Positions 23,976-24,954 of a DNA stretch of 24,954 nucleotides are shown piece by piece. How positions within the stretch are numbered: position 1 is the first letter of the stretch; each line of letters begins with the position of its first letter. The position numbers and the translations under genes were made by a program. The notes under the pieces are model-generated. The model was not told where the DNA came from and did no database searches. It saw only the letters and a program-made list of their open reading frames with translations. Where the stretch lies: the IMG/VR virus record IMGVR_UViG_3300011335_000621, positions 1-24,954 of that record; one strand, written 5' to 3'. This DNA is from a virus (lineage: Duplodnaviria > Caudoviricetes).

Positions 23976-24869
23976 ATGACAGCAAGAGAATATCTAAACA
24001 AGTTCGGGCTGGATGCAAATCCAGCCCTTTTCACCAATGTACACAATGGCAAACATATGAAGCCTAAGTACAACTCATACTGCATGTATACAGGATGGTC
24101 ACAGCTTGACCCTAGGCATAACATCATTGCTGTTATGTCTAACTGCCAGACTAACAACGAGGACTACAACATCAAGACTGGTGACATGTTACAGACCTAC
24201 ATCATCATGCGTGATGTTCATCCACAAGAGGCTATCGACACAGGTCTTGACCGTTGTATCTGTGGAAGATGCCCACATATGAAAGGATGGAAGAAACATA
24301 TTGTCAATGGCAAGGTAAAGATGGTTCGTACTTGCTATGTCAATATAGGCAAAGGCGTTGCTGCCATCTATGAATCATGGCATCGTGGCAACATACCACT
24401 TGTGTCCAGTGATGTCGCTGCATCTATACAAGTAGTTGCTGGCAAAGAGACTCGTATAGGCTCATATGGTGACCCTGTAGCCGTCCCATTCCCTATATGG
24501 GGTGATCTGCTGCGGCATAGCCTTGGTCATCGAGGTTACACACATCAATGGCGTAGCTGGATTGCAGAACCATTCAAAGGAATACTGCAAGCATCATGTG
24601 ATAGTTACCTTGACCAGATAGATGCTGAGCGAGCTGGCTGGGGTACGTTTACCGTCCTGCCTGAGCATGACTACGTTAATCGTCGGCACGTAGCATACAG
24701 CAATGGTATGAAGCAATGCCCTAGCGATCCGTTCATCAATGAGATGCGTACATTCCGCAATATGCTACCGATGCACACAACCTGCGTAAGTTGTCCTGCA
24801 TCATTACAGTGTGATGGCGATAGTCACGTTGTCATCCGTGCTCACGGCAGTGCAGCTGCGTGGGTTTAA
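23976..24869 (+). CDS. Cys-rich putative Fe-S protein (phage GP88/DUF7227-like, radical-SAM-related)
   Basis: KTGDMLQTYI, ICGRCPH, CYV, RIGSYGDP, GYTHQW, ASCD, CP...CVSC...C...AHG motifs. Family name is recalled, not verified. Confidence 0.65.
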   Translation: MTAREYLNKFGLDANPALFTNVHNGKHMKPKYNSYCMYTGWSQLDPRHNIIAVMSNCQTNNEDYNIKTGDMLQTYIIMRDVHPQEAIDTGLDRCICGRCPHMKGWKKHIVNGKVKMVRTCYVNIGKGVAAIYESWHRGNIPLVSSDVAASIQVVAGKETRIGSYGDPVAVPFPIWGDLLRHSLGHRGYTHQWRSWIAEPFKGILQASCDSYLDQIDAERAGWGTFTVLPEHDYVNRRHVAYSNGMKQCPSDPFINEMRTFRNMLPMHTTCVSCPASLQCDGDSHVVIRAHGSAAAWV

Positions 24870-24902
24870 TTAAACAAATAAATAAACACAGAGGAGTTAG
24901 TA

Positions 24903-24954
24903 ATGTTTTATTCAATATGCGAAGAAGAAGAGTGGTCAACTGATCGTTACGATT
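24903..24954 (+). CDS. Hypothetical protein (truncated at window end)
   Basis: GAGGAG RBS, then ATG and an open frame MFYSICEEEEWSTDRYD to the edge. Confidence 0.55.
   Translation, partial: MFYSICEEEEWSTDRYD

Noticed and set aside
15993-24157. Minus-strand and alternate-frame ORFs in the right arm
   Set aside because: The plus-strand genes tile the region with RBSs and stop/start overlaps, so the others are shadows.

Overview
Fragment of a tailed dsDNA bacteriophage genome (Caudoviricetes, probably podovirus-like) that spans the strand switch between two arms. The left arm (about 1-15550, mostly minus strand) carries the packaging cluster (putative TerS, TerL, a 46-aa membrane peptide and a P22-like portal truncated at the window edge). 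It also has several Gly/Ala/Pro/Arg-rich putative virion proteins including a 1248-aa one, a DUF6321-like protein, a LuxR-type HTH, SSB, a DUF3310-like protein, dUTPase, ThyX, a thermonuclease, an HNH protein, tRNA-Leu(TAA) and tRNA-Asn(GTT). The right arm (about 16080-24954, plus strand) is a tightly coupled array of about 25 small, mostly unknown early-type genes ending in a Cys-rich Fe-S-like protein. The approximately 1 kb switch region (15100-16080) is the most unusual part: two divergent, hairpin-dense candidate ncRNAs, each closed by its own terminator, flank a five-G-tract block and tandem palindromes. Other notable signals are a 16-aa G[FL]GAG[VA]xxAxx[IL]NA[RQ]R motif shared by three otherwise dissimilar proteins, a TACTTACGG box recurring at promoters, a twice-repeated compact H-type pseudoknot and a miniature tRNA-like element. 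All family calls come from motif recognition by eye; no database search or folding program was run.
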